Source: Planctomycetota bacterium
Lineage (GTDB): Bacteria; Planctomycetota; JAJSAM01; JAJVHW01
Direction: 5' to 3'
Length of the DNA: 64,000 bases
NCBI GenBank assembly: GCA_965248445.1
Contig: CBDFJG010000004.1
Location: 768,001-832,000, forward strand
Every line of letters starts with the position of its first letter. The stretch's first letter is position 1. The notes beneath the pieces were generated by a model. It did no database searches. It saw only the letters and a program-made list of their open reading frames with translations, and had not been told where the DNA came from. Position numbers and translations under genes: made by a program. This document shows, one piece after another, positions 1-10,900 of the stretch.

Positions 1-1585
1 CCAGGAGCGCGACTCCGACGCCAATCACGAGTCCGAGCAGTCCTCGATCGCCCGAGTCGCCCTCGTCGTCTCCGTAGTCTTCCCAGTCCTCCGGGTCTTC
101 CCACTCGTCCGGATCTTCCAACTCGGTCGTCGCACCCTCGACGCCGGCCCGGATCTCGACGTCGAGACCGTCACCGGGGCCGCCGTCGCCTCCAAGACCG
201 AGTCCGTCCAGGCCGGCCGACGCGGGGAACGGAACGCCCGCTGCCGCCGCGGCCTCCATCAGCGCGCGACCGTCGCCCGTCTTGGCGAACGACTTCTGCA
301 TCTCGAAGACCGCGTCCGCGATCCCCGGGCCCACCAGGGCAAGACCGGCGCCCCGAAAACGGATCACACCGCTCTCGTCGACGACGATCGCGAATGGACG
401 GTTCGCGTCGAGACCCAGCGCGAGCGTCAGCTCGTTCTTCATCCACTTGCCGTCCCAGTGCCACGGCCAGTCCATCAGTTCCTGCTCGCACCACGCGCGC
501 ACCGACTCGAGGCGGCCGTCGTAGACGGGGTCCTCCTTGCCCCACTCCTCGTACGCTGCGATGGTCCGCTCGCGCAGCTCGTCGTCCATGCGGTAGTCCA
601 TGGAAACGCCCACGACGCGCAGACCGAACGGCGCCCACATGTCGCGCAGCGGCCGGACGATCGTCTCGACCTCGCGCGTCTTCGTGCTGACAGGCGTGCT
701 GAAGAAGTGCAGGAGGAGCGGCTGGCCGCGCAGTGCCGCTACGTCGATCACTCCTCCGTTTGCCGCCTCGACGACGGGCAGTGACGCGAGCGACATGCCG
801 GGCCGGACGCCGGCCCGGCGGGCGAGCTTCCTCACGTTCTCGGTCGACACGTCCCAGTCCGCTCCGGGAACGTCCCACGCCGCCGCGAGTTCGGCCGCTT
901 TCTCCTCCTGCTTCGACTCGATCAACGACCTCAGAACGACGAACGCCAGTGCGCCTGCGTCGTACCGGTTCGCCGCCGCCTGCAGCGCAGTCACGGCGCG
1001 GCCACCGACCTCCGCAGCGACGGCGATGGGATCCGGCTGCGTGCCGGCGTTGCGGAGCATGACGCGGGTCAGTTGGTCCAGTCCGTCCGGCAGCAGCGCC
1101 GAGTCGTCTGGTGCACCGTCGACGAACGCCCGCAGGTCCTCCGCCGCGCGCAGAAGGAGCGGCGTGGCCTCGTCGCGCGTGACGATCTCGGCCAGTCGTG
1201 CGCGTCCGAACCCCGCGTGGTAACGGGCCTCCAGAGCCCCTCCTCCACCGGCCAGCTTGGCGTACTCGTCCGAGCCGGATACGAGACCCCGGATCGCGGC
1301 CTCCCAATCGTCGCGCGCCCGCCGGTACTCCCGGATCAACTCGACGTGTTCCTTGCGATCGGCGGGCATCTGGTCCGCCCGCGGCGGCCTGGGTCGCTCT
1401 TCCGCGGTCGCGGTCAGGCGGCGCAGGCGGTCCAGCAAGCCGTCCAGCGTCTCTGCGGCCACCGCGGCGCCGTCGCCGTCGTCCTGGGCAAGCGCCACAG
1501 GGGTCAGGACGGCGGCGCAGAGCAGCCCGGCCAAGGCGAGGAGGGCGGAACGGGCGAGGAGGGCGGTGCGTGCGAGGTCAGGCAT
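1..1585 (-). CDS. Secreted/membrane-anchored protein with TlpA/redoxin-like domain lacking CxxC (3' end runs off window)
   Basis: Manual translation (not in the ORF track because there is no stop in the window): MPDLARTALLARSALLALAGLLCAAVLTPVALAQ signal peptide; GQPLLLHFFSTPVSTKTREVE...GLRVVGVSMD...FAIVVDESGVIRF resembles the thioredoxin/TlpA fold; acidic linker EDPDEWEDPEDWEDY, then hydrophobic GLLGLVIGVGVALL at the window edge. Confidence 0.75.
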   Translation of the reverse strand, partial: MPDLARTALLARSALLALAGLLCAAVLTPVALAQDDGDGAAVAAETLDGLLDRLRRLTATAEERPRPPRADQMPADRKEHVELIREYRRARDDWEAAIRGLVSGSDEYAKLAGGGGALEARYHAGFGRARLAEIVTRDEATPLLLRAAEDLRAFVDGAPDDSALLPDGLDQLTRVMLRNAGTQPDPIAVAAEVGGRAVTALQAAANRYDAGALAFVVLRSLIESKQEEKAAELAAAWDVPGADWDVSTENVRKLARRAGVRPGMSLASLPVVEAANGGVIDVAALRGQPLLLHFFSTPVSTKTREVETIVRPLRDMWAPFGLRVVGVSMDYRMDDELRERTIAAYEEWGKEDPVYDGRLESVRAWCEQELMDWPWHWDGKWMKNELTLALGLDANRPFAIVVDESGVIRFRGAGLALVGPGIADAVFEMQKSFAKTGDGRALMEAAAAAGVPFPASAGLDGLGLGGDGGPGDGLDVEIRAGVEGATTELEDPDEWEDPEDWEDYGDDEGDSGDRGLLGLVIGVGVALL

Positions 1586-1765
1586 GGCGATCTCTCCAGC
1601 GTAGCGTGCGATCCCGCACGCACCCCGTCCAACCAGACCTCCCACTGGGACGAACGAGCCGCCTCAGAGGCGAAGGCCGGATCGCGAATGCGACCCGCGC
1701 ACACGCCCCAGGCCAGACCACAGAGCGCCGGGCGCCGCCGGGTCCGCCTGTGTATCCTGCGCCGC

Positions 1766-2305
1766 GTGGCTGAAGCAGACGAACAGAGAGGCCGGCTAGA
1801 TGGGTTCCTGGCGCTGGCGCGATCGGGCCCCGGCGCGGTTCGAAGCCTCCTCGCCGGACTCGACGCCGAGGACCTGGCCCGGAAGCCGGGAGTCGGCAAG
1901 CTGTCGCTGCTCGGCCACCTGTGCCACCTACGCGAGATGGAAGAGCGCGTGTTCGGCGTGCGCCTCGAGCGCGTGCTGGCGGAGGACAACCCGACGCTCG
2001 AGCCGCTCGTCGTCGAGGACCACGTGGTGCCGGATGACGATCTGGTCACCGGGGAGTTCACTGTCGAGGACCTCGCCGAAGCGGACGTCGAAGCGGTGCT
2101 CGCCGCCTGGGAGGCCGCCCGGTCCCGCAACATCGAGCGCGCCGAGAACACCGGCCCCGAGGAGTGGTCGCGTCCTGCGCGCCATCCGCAGCTCGGCAGC
2201 GCGACGTTCTTCGAGATCGTCGAACGTTGGTCGCGTCACGACACGGACCACGTCCGGCAGATCGAGATCCTCGCGCTGAACAGCCGCGAACGAAATCTGC
2301 CGTGA
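1766..2305 (+). CDS. DinB family protein
   Basis: C-terminal part of ORF 1073-2305; motifs [13 protein letters not shown]...[13 protein letters not shown]...W.RPARHP...[12 protein letters not shown] start chosen at 1766. Confidence 0.85.
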   Translation: MAEADEQRGRLDGFLALARSGPGAVRSLLAGLDAEDLARKPGVGKLSLLGHLCHLREMEERVFGVRLERVLAEDNPTLEPLVVEDHVVPDDDLVTGEFTVEDLAEADVEAVLAAWEAARSRNIERAENTGPEEWSRPARHPQLGSATFFEIVERWSRHDTDHVRQIEILALNSRERNLP

Positions 2306-2333
2306 CCGCGCACCTCCTTGCGATCCTCCGCGC

Positions 2334-2654
2334 ATGAGCAGGCTGACGCCGGACGACATCCGCCACATCGCCGCGCTGGCAAAGTTGCATCTCGACGACG
2401 GCGAGGTCGCCCTGTTCGCGGATCAGTTCGCACGCATCGTCGAACGGCTGGAGCGCCTCGGCGAGGTGGACACCGACGGCGTCCAGCCGCTGGATCATCC
2501 GCTGCCGCTCTCTGACGTACTCCGCGACGACGAACCGGTCGCCGGGCTGTCGCGGGAGGATGCGCTGGCCGGGGCGCCCCAGGAGCGTGATGGCCAGTTC
2601 GCCGTGCCGACCGTGATGCCGTCCGGCACGCGGAACGCGGAGTCGTCGGAGTGA
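2334..2654 (+). CDS. gatC: Asp-tRNA(Asn)/Glu-tRNA(Gln) amidotransferase subunit C
   Basis: [10 protein letters not shown]...VLRDDEP...ALAGAP...FAVP; first gene of gatCAB. Confidence 0.95.
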   Translation: MSRLTPDDIRHIAALAKLHLDDGEVALFADQFARIVERLERLGEVDTDGVQPLDHPLPLSDVLRDDEPVAGLSREDALAGAPQERDGQFAVPTVMPSGTRNAESSE

Positions 2655-4137
2655 CGGCGCTGCCCGACGGCACCCCGGCGCATCTGGGCGCCGCGCACGA
2701 GATCGCCGCCGCGGTCCGGGACGGAGGCTTGACCGCCGTCGAGGTCGCCGAGCACTTCCTGGCACGCGTCGAGCGCTTGGACCCCCGGCTGCACGCGTTC
2801 CTGCACGTCGATCGCGCCCTCACCCTCGAGGCTGCCCACGCTGTAGACGCTCGCCGGGCGGCCGGCGAGGCGCTGGGGCCGCTGGCCGGGGTGCCCGTAG
2901 CCCTCAAGGACAACATGTGCCTGCGCGGTGCCCCCACCACGTGTGCGTCCCGCATCCTGGAGGGCTGGCGCCCGCCGTACGACGCCGACGTCGTGACACG
3001 ACTCCTCGCCGCCGACGCGGTCCCGCTCGGCAAGACGAACCTCGACGAGTTCGCGATGGGATCGTCCACGGAGTGGAGTGCGTTCGGACCGACGCGCAAC
3101 CCGTGGGACGAGACGCGTGTTCCAGGCGGTTCCAGCGGCGGGAGCGCGGCAGCGGTGGCTGCGGGCCTTGCACCGGTCGCACTGGGCAGCGACACGGGCG
3201 GCTCGATCCGTCAGCCGGCCTCGCTGTGCGGCGTGCTCGGGATGATGGGCACGTACGGACGCGTCTCGCGTCGCGGCCTGGTGGCCTTCGGCAGTTCGCT
3301 CGACCGGATCGGCCCGCTCACACGCAGTGCCGCCGACACCGCGCTCGTCATGTCGGTTCTGTCGGGCGGCGATGCCGGCGACGCGACGAGCGTGCGGGAG
3401 CCGGCTCCGGATTGGGGCGCGTCGGTGCACGGCGACGTGCGCGGACTGCGCCTGGGCGTGGTCCGCGGCGTCAAGGACGTGGAGGACGAGACCGAGCGCG
3501 TTTGCGATGCCGCGGTCGCCGCATTGGTAGAGGCCGGCGCCGAGGTGCGCGAGGTGACGCTGCCGCTGATCGAGCACGCCATCTCGGTCTACTACCTGGT
3601 GGCGCCGAGCGAGGCGTCCTCGAACCTGGCGCGTTACGACGGCGTTCGTTACGGGCTGCGCGTGCACGAGCATGATGGCCGCGCGCTGTCGCTCGCGGAC
3701 ATGCAGATGGAGACCCGCGAGCAGGGGTTCGGCCCCGAGGTCAAGCGGCGGATCCTGCTCGGCACGTTCGCGCTCTCGGCCGGGTACTCGCAGGCGTTCT
3801 ACGAGAAGGCGCTCCGGGCCCGTCGGCTGATCGCGGATGGGTTCGCGGGGTTGTTCGAGCACGTCGACGCCGTGGTGTCCCCCACATCGCCGTTCCCCGC
3901 GTTCCCGCTCGGCGCCCGGCTCGACGACCCGGTCGCCATGTACCTCTGCGATCTGCTCGCCGCCCCCGCGAGCCTCGCCGGCCTGCCCTCGGCGTCGCTG
4001 CCCGCGGGCCTCACCGAGGACGGTCTCCCGGTCGGACTCCAGGTCAGCGCGCCGCCGCTCCGCGAGGACGTGATCCTCCGCGTCGCGGGCGCGCTCGAAC
4101 GCGTCCGGGGGCGCCCGGACATCCCGGAGATCTACCG

Positions 4138-4141
<4 letters not shown>
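2651..4141 (+). CDS. gatA: Asp-tRNA(Asn)/Glu-tRNA(Gln) amidotransferase subunit A
   Basis: Amidase signature [46 protein letters not shown]. Confidence 0.98.
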
Positions 4142-5595
<1,454 letters not shown>

Positions 5596-5608
5596 CGACG
5601 CGCCAAAC

Positions 5609-5667
5609 AGTCCAGGATCCTGGACTATTCTTGATTCCCAGACACTAACCGTCCAGGATCCGAGACG
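5609..5667. promoter_or_regulatory. Two putative enhancer (UAS) sites for a sigma54 activator, GTC-N10-GAC
   Basis: Perfect 18-bp palindrome AGTCCAGGATCCTGGACT (5609-5626) and imperfect copy CGTCCAGGATCCGAGACG (5650-5667), 41 bp apart, upstream of a -24/-12 promoter. Confidence 0.7.
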
Positions 5668-5697
5668 ATTCTCGACGCCTTCGAGCCTGAGCAGGTC

Positions 5698-5714
5698 TTG
5701 GCACGGTCTTCGCT
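5698..5714 (+). promoter_or_regulatory. Sigma54 (-24/-12) promoter
   Basis: TTGGCACGGTCTTCGCT versus consensus YTGGCACG-N4-TTGCW; GG(5700-5701)-N10-GC(5712-5713). Confidence 0.8.
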
Positions 5715-5724
5715 TTACCCAGGA

Positions 5725-5910
5725 CGGGTGTGGCAAGCACCCACTTGAAATCAAGAAACGAGACACCGGGCGGAGCGGGAAGTTCCACCTCTCTCACGGC
5801 CCGCGGGCCGACCTCACCCTCCCCCATCAGGTTCCGCGAAGTCGTTGCGCAAGCGGGGCAAACGCCTGTCCGGTTGACAAGAGGGCGCGGAGGCTACGGC
5901 TTCCGCGCCC
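5725..5910 (+). ncRNA. Putative sigma54-dependent small RNA (~185 nt)
   Basis: Starts at the predicted +1 with hairpin GGGTGT-GGCAA-GCACCC; further hairpins and CU-rich linkers; ends in a 12-bp stem with cUACGg loop; no convincing CDS downstream of the promoter. Confidence 0.6.
5883..5910 (+). terminator. Strong hairpin / probable 3' end of the sRNA
   Basis: GGGCGCGGAGGC-TACG-GCTTCCGCGCCC; the G-U wobble and UNCG tetraloop only work on the + strand; no long U-tract. Confidence 0.55.
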
Positions 5911-5962
5911 GGCTTGATTCACAGTCACTTGGTTCACGGCGCAGGGGTTCCCAGCGCGCGGG

Positions 5963-7429
5963 TCAGCCGGTGACGCGGGCTCCGTCCGCCACGCTGTCCT
6001 CCCGGAACTGCTCGGGGTTCACACCGAGTTTCCGCAGCTTCGCGTAGAGCGATGCGCGCCCGATGCCCGCCAGGCGCGCCGCGCGTGTGCAGTTCCCTCC
6101 GGCCCTCTCGAGCAGGCGCCCGAGATAGGCGCGGTCGAACGCCTCGCGCGCGCCCCGCAACTGGAGCGTGTACACGTCGTCGGAGAGGCCGGCGCCGTTG
6201 CCGGCAGCCGGACTCCGGATGAGCCTCTCGTCGAGAGCGTTCTCGCGCGCCCGCGATTGGTCCATCACGCTCAGAGCGTCTGCGACGTGGGCGTACGAGA
6301 TCGCACCACCGCCCGAGAGGATCGATGCGCGGGTCAGGACATTGCGGAGCTCACGGACGTTGCCCGGCCAGTCATGCGAGATGAGCGCCGCGAGCGCTGG
6401 CGCGTCGATGCGCGGGCGCCCGCCCGGCGCGCGGCCGAGGAAGTGGTCCACGAGCAGCGGAATGTCGCCCTCGCGGTCGCGCAACGGCGGCACCTCGATC
6501 GGGAACGTCGCAAGCCGGTAGTAGAGGTCGCCTCGGAAGCCGCCCTTCTGGACCTCATCCGAGAGGTCGCGATTCGTGGCTGCCAGCACGCGCACGTCGA
6601 CCTTGATCGGCTCCGTGCCCCCGACGCGGACGATCTCGTGCTCCTGCAGCACGCGCAGCAGCATCGCCTGCACGCTGGGGGGCGCCTCGCCGATCTCGTC
6701 CAGAAACAGCGTGCCGCCGGACGCGACCTCGAAGTGACCCACCCGCGCTTGCGTCGCTCCGGTGAACGCACCCTGCTCGTGACCGAACAACTCGCTGGCG
6801 AGAAGCGTCTCGTGGAAGGCCGCGCAGTTCACGATCTGCATTCGGTTCGCGGCGCGCCCGCTGCGCGCGTGCAACGCGCGTGCACAGAGTTCCTTCCCGG
6901 TGCCGCTCTCGCCGTACACGAGGATCGTGACGTCCTGGGGCGCGACCTGCTCCACGACGGCGTACAACCGGCGCATCGCGCGACTCCCGCCGACCATCTC
7001 TTCGTAGCGGTCTTCGCCACCGGCGGCGGAGCCCGGCGCATCCGCTTCACCGCGGGACAACTGACGCAGTGTGCGCTCGACGACGAGTTCGAGTTCCTCG
7101 ATGCGCAGGCCCTCGTTGCCTGTCTTCTGCACGAAGTCGACGGCGCCGGCGCGCATCGCAGCCACGATCGAGGAGGTGGACGCCGCCTCGGACATCACGA
7201 CGACCGGCGTGTCCGGATCGATCTTCCGGATGCGGCGCAGCAACTCGAGCCCGGAGACTCCCGGCAGCCAGAGATCCGAGAGCACGAGGTCGTACTCGTT
7301 GCGGTCGTACGCCTCCATCGCGCCGCGGGCGTCCGTGCGGATCGTGGCGTCGTGGCCCCAGCGCTCCGCGGCCGCGCGCAGAGTGGCACAGACGAGGGGG
7401 TCGTCGTCGACGATGAGAAGGCGGGGCAC
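5963..7429 (-). CDS. Sigma54-dependent response regulator (NtrC/AtoC family: REC + AAA+ + Fis-type HTH)
   Basis: LLIVDDD...VLSDLWLPG receiver; GESGTGKE; GAFTGA; LFLDEIGE; WPGNVREL; C-terminal AARLAGIGRASLYAKL. Confidence 0.96.
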   Translation of the reverse strand: MPRLLIVDDDPLVCATLRAAAERWGHDATIRTDARGAMEAYDRNEYDLVLSDLWLPGVSGLELLRRIRKIDPDTPVVVMSEAASTSSIVAAMRAGAVDFVQKTGNEGLRIEELELVVERTLRQLSRGEADAPGSAAGGEDRYEEMVGGSRAMRRLYAVVEQVAPQDVTILVYGESGTGKELCARALHARSGRAANRMQIVNCAAFHETLLASELFGHEQGAFTGATQARVGHFEVASGGTLFLDEIGEAPPSVQAMLLRVLQEHEIVRVGGTEPIKVDVRVLAATNRDLSDEVQKGGFRGDLYYRLATFPIEVPPLRDREGDIPLLVDHFLGRAPGGRPRIDAPALAALISHDWPGNVRELRNVLTRASILSGGGAISYAHVADALSVMDQSRARENALDERLIRSPAAGNGAGLSDDVYTLQLRGAREAFDRAYLGRLLERAGGNCTRAARLAGIGRASLYAKLRKLGVNPEQFREDSVADGARVTG

Positions 7430-7456
7430 GCCGGGAGTGTACGGGGCACGCCGGGA
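7422..7456. repeat. 15-bp direct repeat with 20-bp period over the regulator start codon
   Basis: CGGGGCACGCCGGGA at 7422-7436 and 7442-7456. Confidence 0.8.
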
Positions 7457-7517
7457 ACGGGTTGAATGCGCACTCTCACATCGCGGCTGGCGGGCGGCAC
7501 CCGGCTACCGTGGGGAC

Positions 7518-7856
7518 ATGTCTGAACCGGTCTTCGATCGATCTGCGCTGGAGCGCTCAGCCGCCGGTGACGAGGCCCTGGCATGCGAGTTGACGAGCCT
7601 GTTCTTGACCGAGGCCGAGGAATCGGCAGCACGGCTAGGGGCTGCTCTCGAGCCTATCGACCGCGGCGAGCTGCGTGCCACGGCGCACCGACTCCGCGGG
7701 TCGGCCGGGATCGTGGGCGCGAAGCGCTTGCGCGCTGCGTGCGCGGAACTCGAGACTCACATCGACGACTCTTCGGAGGAGATCGGCAGGCTCGTGGCGA
7801 GTTTGCTCGCCGCCTCCGACGATGCGTGCAGAGCCATGGCCCCGGAGGGCTCCTGA
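7518..7856 (+). CDS. Stand-alone Hpt (histidine phosphotransfer) domain protein
   Basis: FDRSALERSAAGDEALACELTSLFL...AHRLRGSAGIVGA..L...CAELE; ATG at 7518. Confidence 0.9.
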   Translation: MSEPVFDRSALERSAAGDEALACELTSLFLTEAEESAARLGAALEPIDRGELRATAHRLRGSAGIVGAKRLRAACAELETHIDDSSEEIGRLVASLLAASDDACRAMAPEGS

Positions 7857-7947
7857 CCGGGAGCCTTGGTGACCCCCCGTGCCGCCTGCGAAGATCGCGG
7901 GCCGGCTCGAACCGCGCCGGCGCCGATCGCCCCCTGGAGTCGCCGCG

Positions 7948-10900
7948 TTGACCGATTTGGAACCCGTTGCTCCGCTCTCCCCAGAGAGTCTCCGTCTGGG
8001 CCCGTACGCCCTGCGCGGCGAGCTCGGCACCGGCGGGATGGGCACGGTCTACCTGGCCGAGATCGTCGACGTCGCGGAAGGCCGGTTCGGACCGCTGCCG
8101 CCGCCCGGCACACAGGTTGCCGTCAAGACATTCCACCCGCACCTCGTCACGGCACAGGAGTTCGAGGGACGCTTCCACCGCGAGGCCAAGACCGGTGCGC
8201 GACTCGGACACGAGAACGTCGTCCAGACGATCGACGCCGGAACGGACGAACTCCGCGGGCACGCCACGAGCTACATCGCGATGGAGTACGTCCATGGGCA
8301 GACGCTGCGCTCGCTGCTCGACGAGCTCGGCCAGGTACCGCAGGAACTCGCGGTCTCCATCGCGTGCCAGGTGTGCTCCGGGTTGGTGGCTATTCACGGC
8401 GCGGGAATCACGCACCGTGACCTGAAGCCCGAGAACGTGATCATCACCGACGATCATCACGTCAAGCTGATGGACCTCGGCGTCGCGAAGGTCCGTGATG
8501 CGTCCATCCGGCTGTCGTTGACGGGGCAGTTCCTCGGGTCGGTGCACTACGCCTCGCCCGAGCAGTTCCGCGACACCAGTTCCGTGGACGCACGCACCGA
8601 CCTGTACGCCGTCGGCGTCCTGGTCTACGAGATGCTCGCAGGCCAGAACCCGTTCCATCACACCGACCTGCAGGTCATCCTGCGCCGCACGCTGAACGAC
8701 CGCCCGGCGCGGCTGACGACACTTCTGCCGGACGTGCCACCGGTGCTCGACCAACTCGTCGCAACGCTCGTCGAGAAGTCTCCCGACGACCGTGTGCAGA
8801 CGGCTGAGGCGGTGCTCGACGCCCTGACGAACGGCGATCAGTCAGCGTGGTGGAAGGAACGCGGCGCCGAGCTGCACGACGAGACTGCCGGACGGGCCAT
8901 CCTGCGCCTGCCCGTGGCGCGCGAGACGTCGATCGCGGGACGTGAGACCGAGCTCGCGCAACTCGAGTCGATCTTCGACTCCCTGGCCGAGACGTCTCCG
9001 CGAAGCGTGTGGATCGACGGCGAGCACGGAATCGGGAAGAGCCGGCTGGCCGACGGGATGCTCGCGAGCCTGGCGGCGCGGAGGGACGACTGCGTGGCGA
9101 CGCACGGCGCGTTCCCGCCGCCGGGAACGGGCCGTGCCCACCAGGCTTTCGGCGAAGCCCTGATCCGCTTGTTGGGCGATGCACCGCGCGAGCGCCTGCG
9201 CGAGCTGCTGGGCGGGGAAGCGCCCGTGGACACGTTCGCCGACCTTCTCGACGGCTCGGCGCTGTCACCGGATGTCCTCGCGGACGACCAGTTCCGCGCG
9301 CTGTACACGTCCGCGCTGTCGGGTCTCTCAGCCGAGTCGCCCGTCGTCGTCATCCTGGACGATGCGCATCTGGCAGGCGAACAGGATGCTCGCCTGCTCT
9401 CGACACTCGTCCGGGCGGACGGACTGCTCATGATGCTCATCGTCATCTCGCGCACGCTCGACGAGAGCCATCCGGTCTCTCTCGCGCTGACCGAGGTGCG
9501 CGAAGACGTCGAGCGGATCACGGTGTCACGGCTCGGCCCCCGCGCCGTGGGTCAGCTTCTGCGTGCGATGCTCCAAAGCGAGCGCCTGGTCCAGGAGCTC
9601 GGCTTCCGTCTCATCGAGAAGACCGAGGGGAATCCGTACTTCATGCTCGAGGTGTTGCGCTCGCTCAAGAGCGACCGCGTGTTGAAGCCGCGCCTCGATG
9701 GCGGATGGACGATGGCCGACACGCGCATCGACATCCAGGTGCCCGACTCCGTGCGTGAGCTGATCGGCACGACACTGGCGCGTCTGGCAGAGGACGACCG
9801 CGATCTGCTCGACCTCGCATCGGTGCAGGGGATCGAGTTCGATCCCGACATTCTCTCGGAGCTGCTGGGAACACCGCGCATCGCGCTTCTGCGCCGCTTG
9901 TCGCGGTTGGAGCGCAAGTACCGCCTGATCCGGAGCACCGGCCGCACCTGCCGTTTCGACCACCAGCAGGTCCAGCAGACCCTCTACGACGAGCTGATGC
10001 AGGGGCTGCGCGAGGAGTACCACGCGCAGATCGGCAACGCGCTCGAAAGGCGCATGGGCGAGACGACGATGACGGGCGTGGATGCGTTCGAGCTGGCGAC
10101 CCACTTCGTGCGCGGCCGGGACCGCGAGCGCGCGGTCGTCCACGTCCGCACGGCGCTGCTGCACGCACGGGCGACCTACGCCGTCGACGCCGGCGGGAAG
10201 CTCGCGGAGGAGTTCCTCGCACTCGATGCGGAATCGGGAGCACCGGACCCCGCGCTGCGCGCGGAGATGCTCCTCGACCTCGCGGAGTTGCGGGGGCACG
10301 CGGGGCACCGCGACGACGAGCGTGCCGCCCTCGACGAGGCCGCCGAGCTCGTTGAACGGACCGACGACACGGAGCTCGTACGACGCTCGTTCGAACGCCG
10401 GCTGGCGCTGCACATGCAGCTGGGCGAGCACGCTGCCGCCGAGCGGATCTGCCGGAGTGCCTTGAAGGACGCCTCCCGCCGGAAGGACCACGAGGGTGCG
10501 GTCGCCGCGATCGCCAACCTGGCCGGCGCCCTGCGCGCGCAGGGCCGCTTCGACGACGCGGTCAACTCATTGCGACGCTGCCTTTCGTGGCTCGTGCGGC
10601 GCGACAGCACTCTGCGACGCACGCTGCTGATGACCTCGCTCGGTCTCGTGCAGGCACACCGCGGTCACATCGGACCCGCACAGCGCATGTACCTCGAGGC
10701 CCGCGAACGGGCGCGTGACCTCGGGATGGGTGACACCGTGCGCGTGACGGTGCCCCCGGCCGACAAGGACGATGCGCTGCGCGACCAGCTGGCCGGTCTG
10801 ACGCGCGCGCTCGGGCGCTACGCCGAATCGCGCATCGACGCGGAGAGGACACTTCTGCTCGGTACGCGGGTCGCACGGACTCTGCGGGAAGCCGCCGTTC

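Noticed and set aside
5826..5860. Possible SRP (4.5S) RNA from TCAGGTTCCG
   Set aside because: Lacks the GGAA loop and AGCAG motif of SRP domain IV.
5855..5910. Resemblance to c-di-GMP-I (GEMM) riboswitch (GGCAAAC...GGGCGC..GCTACGG)
   Set aside because: No GNRA loop in the would-be P2, no GCAAAGC or tetraloop receptor, and no downstream gene on this strand; the simple terminal hairpin explains it better.
5730..6047. 105-aa ORF downstream of the sigma54 promoter
   Set aside because: No family motifs, low-complexity composition, and it runs through the strong hairpin and overlaps the convergent regulator; a short translated product is not fully excluded.
7422..7460. GGCACG as a second sigma54 promoter
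   Set aside because: No GC at the -12 position in either copy.
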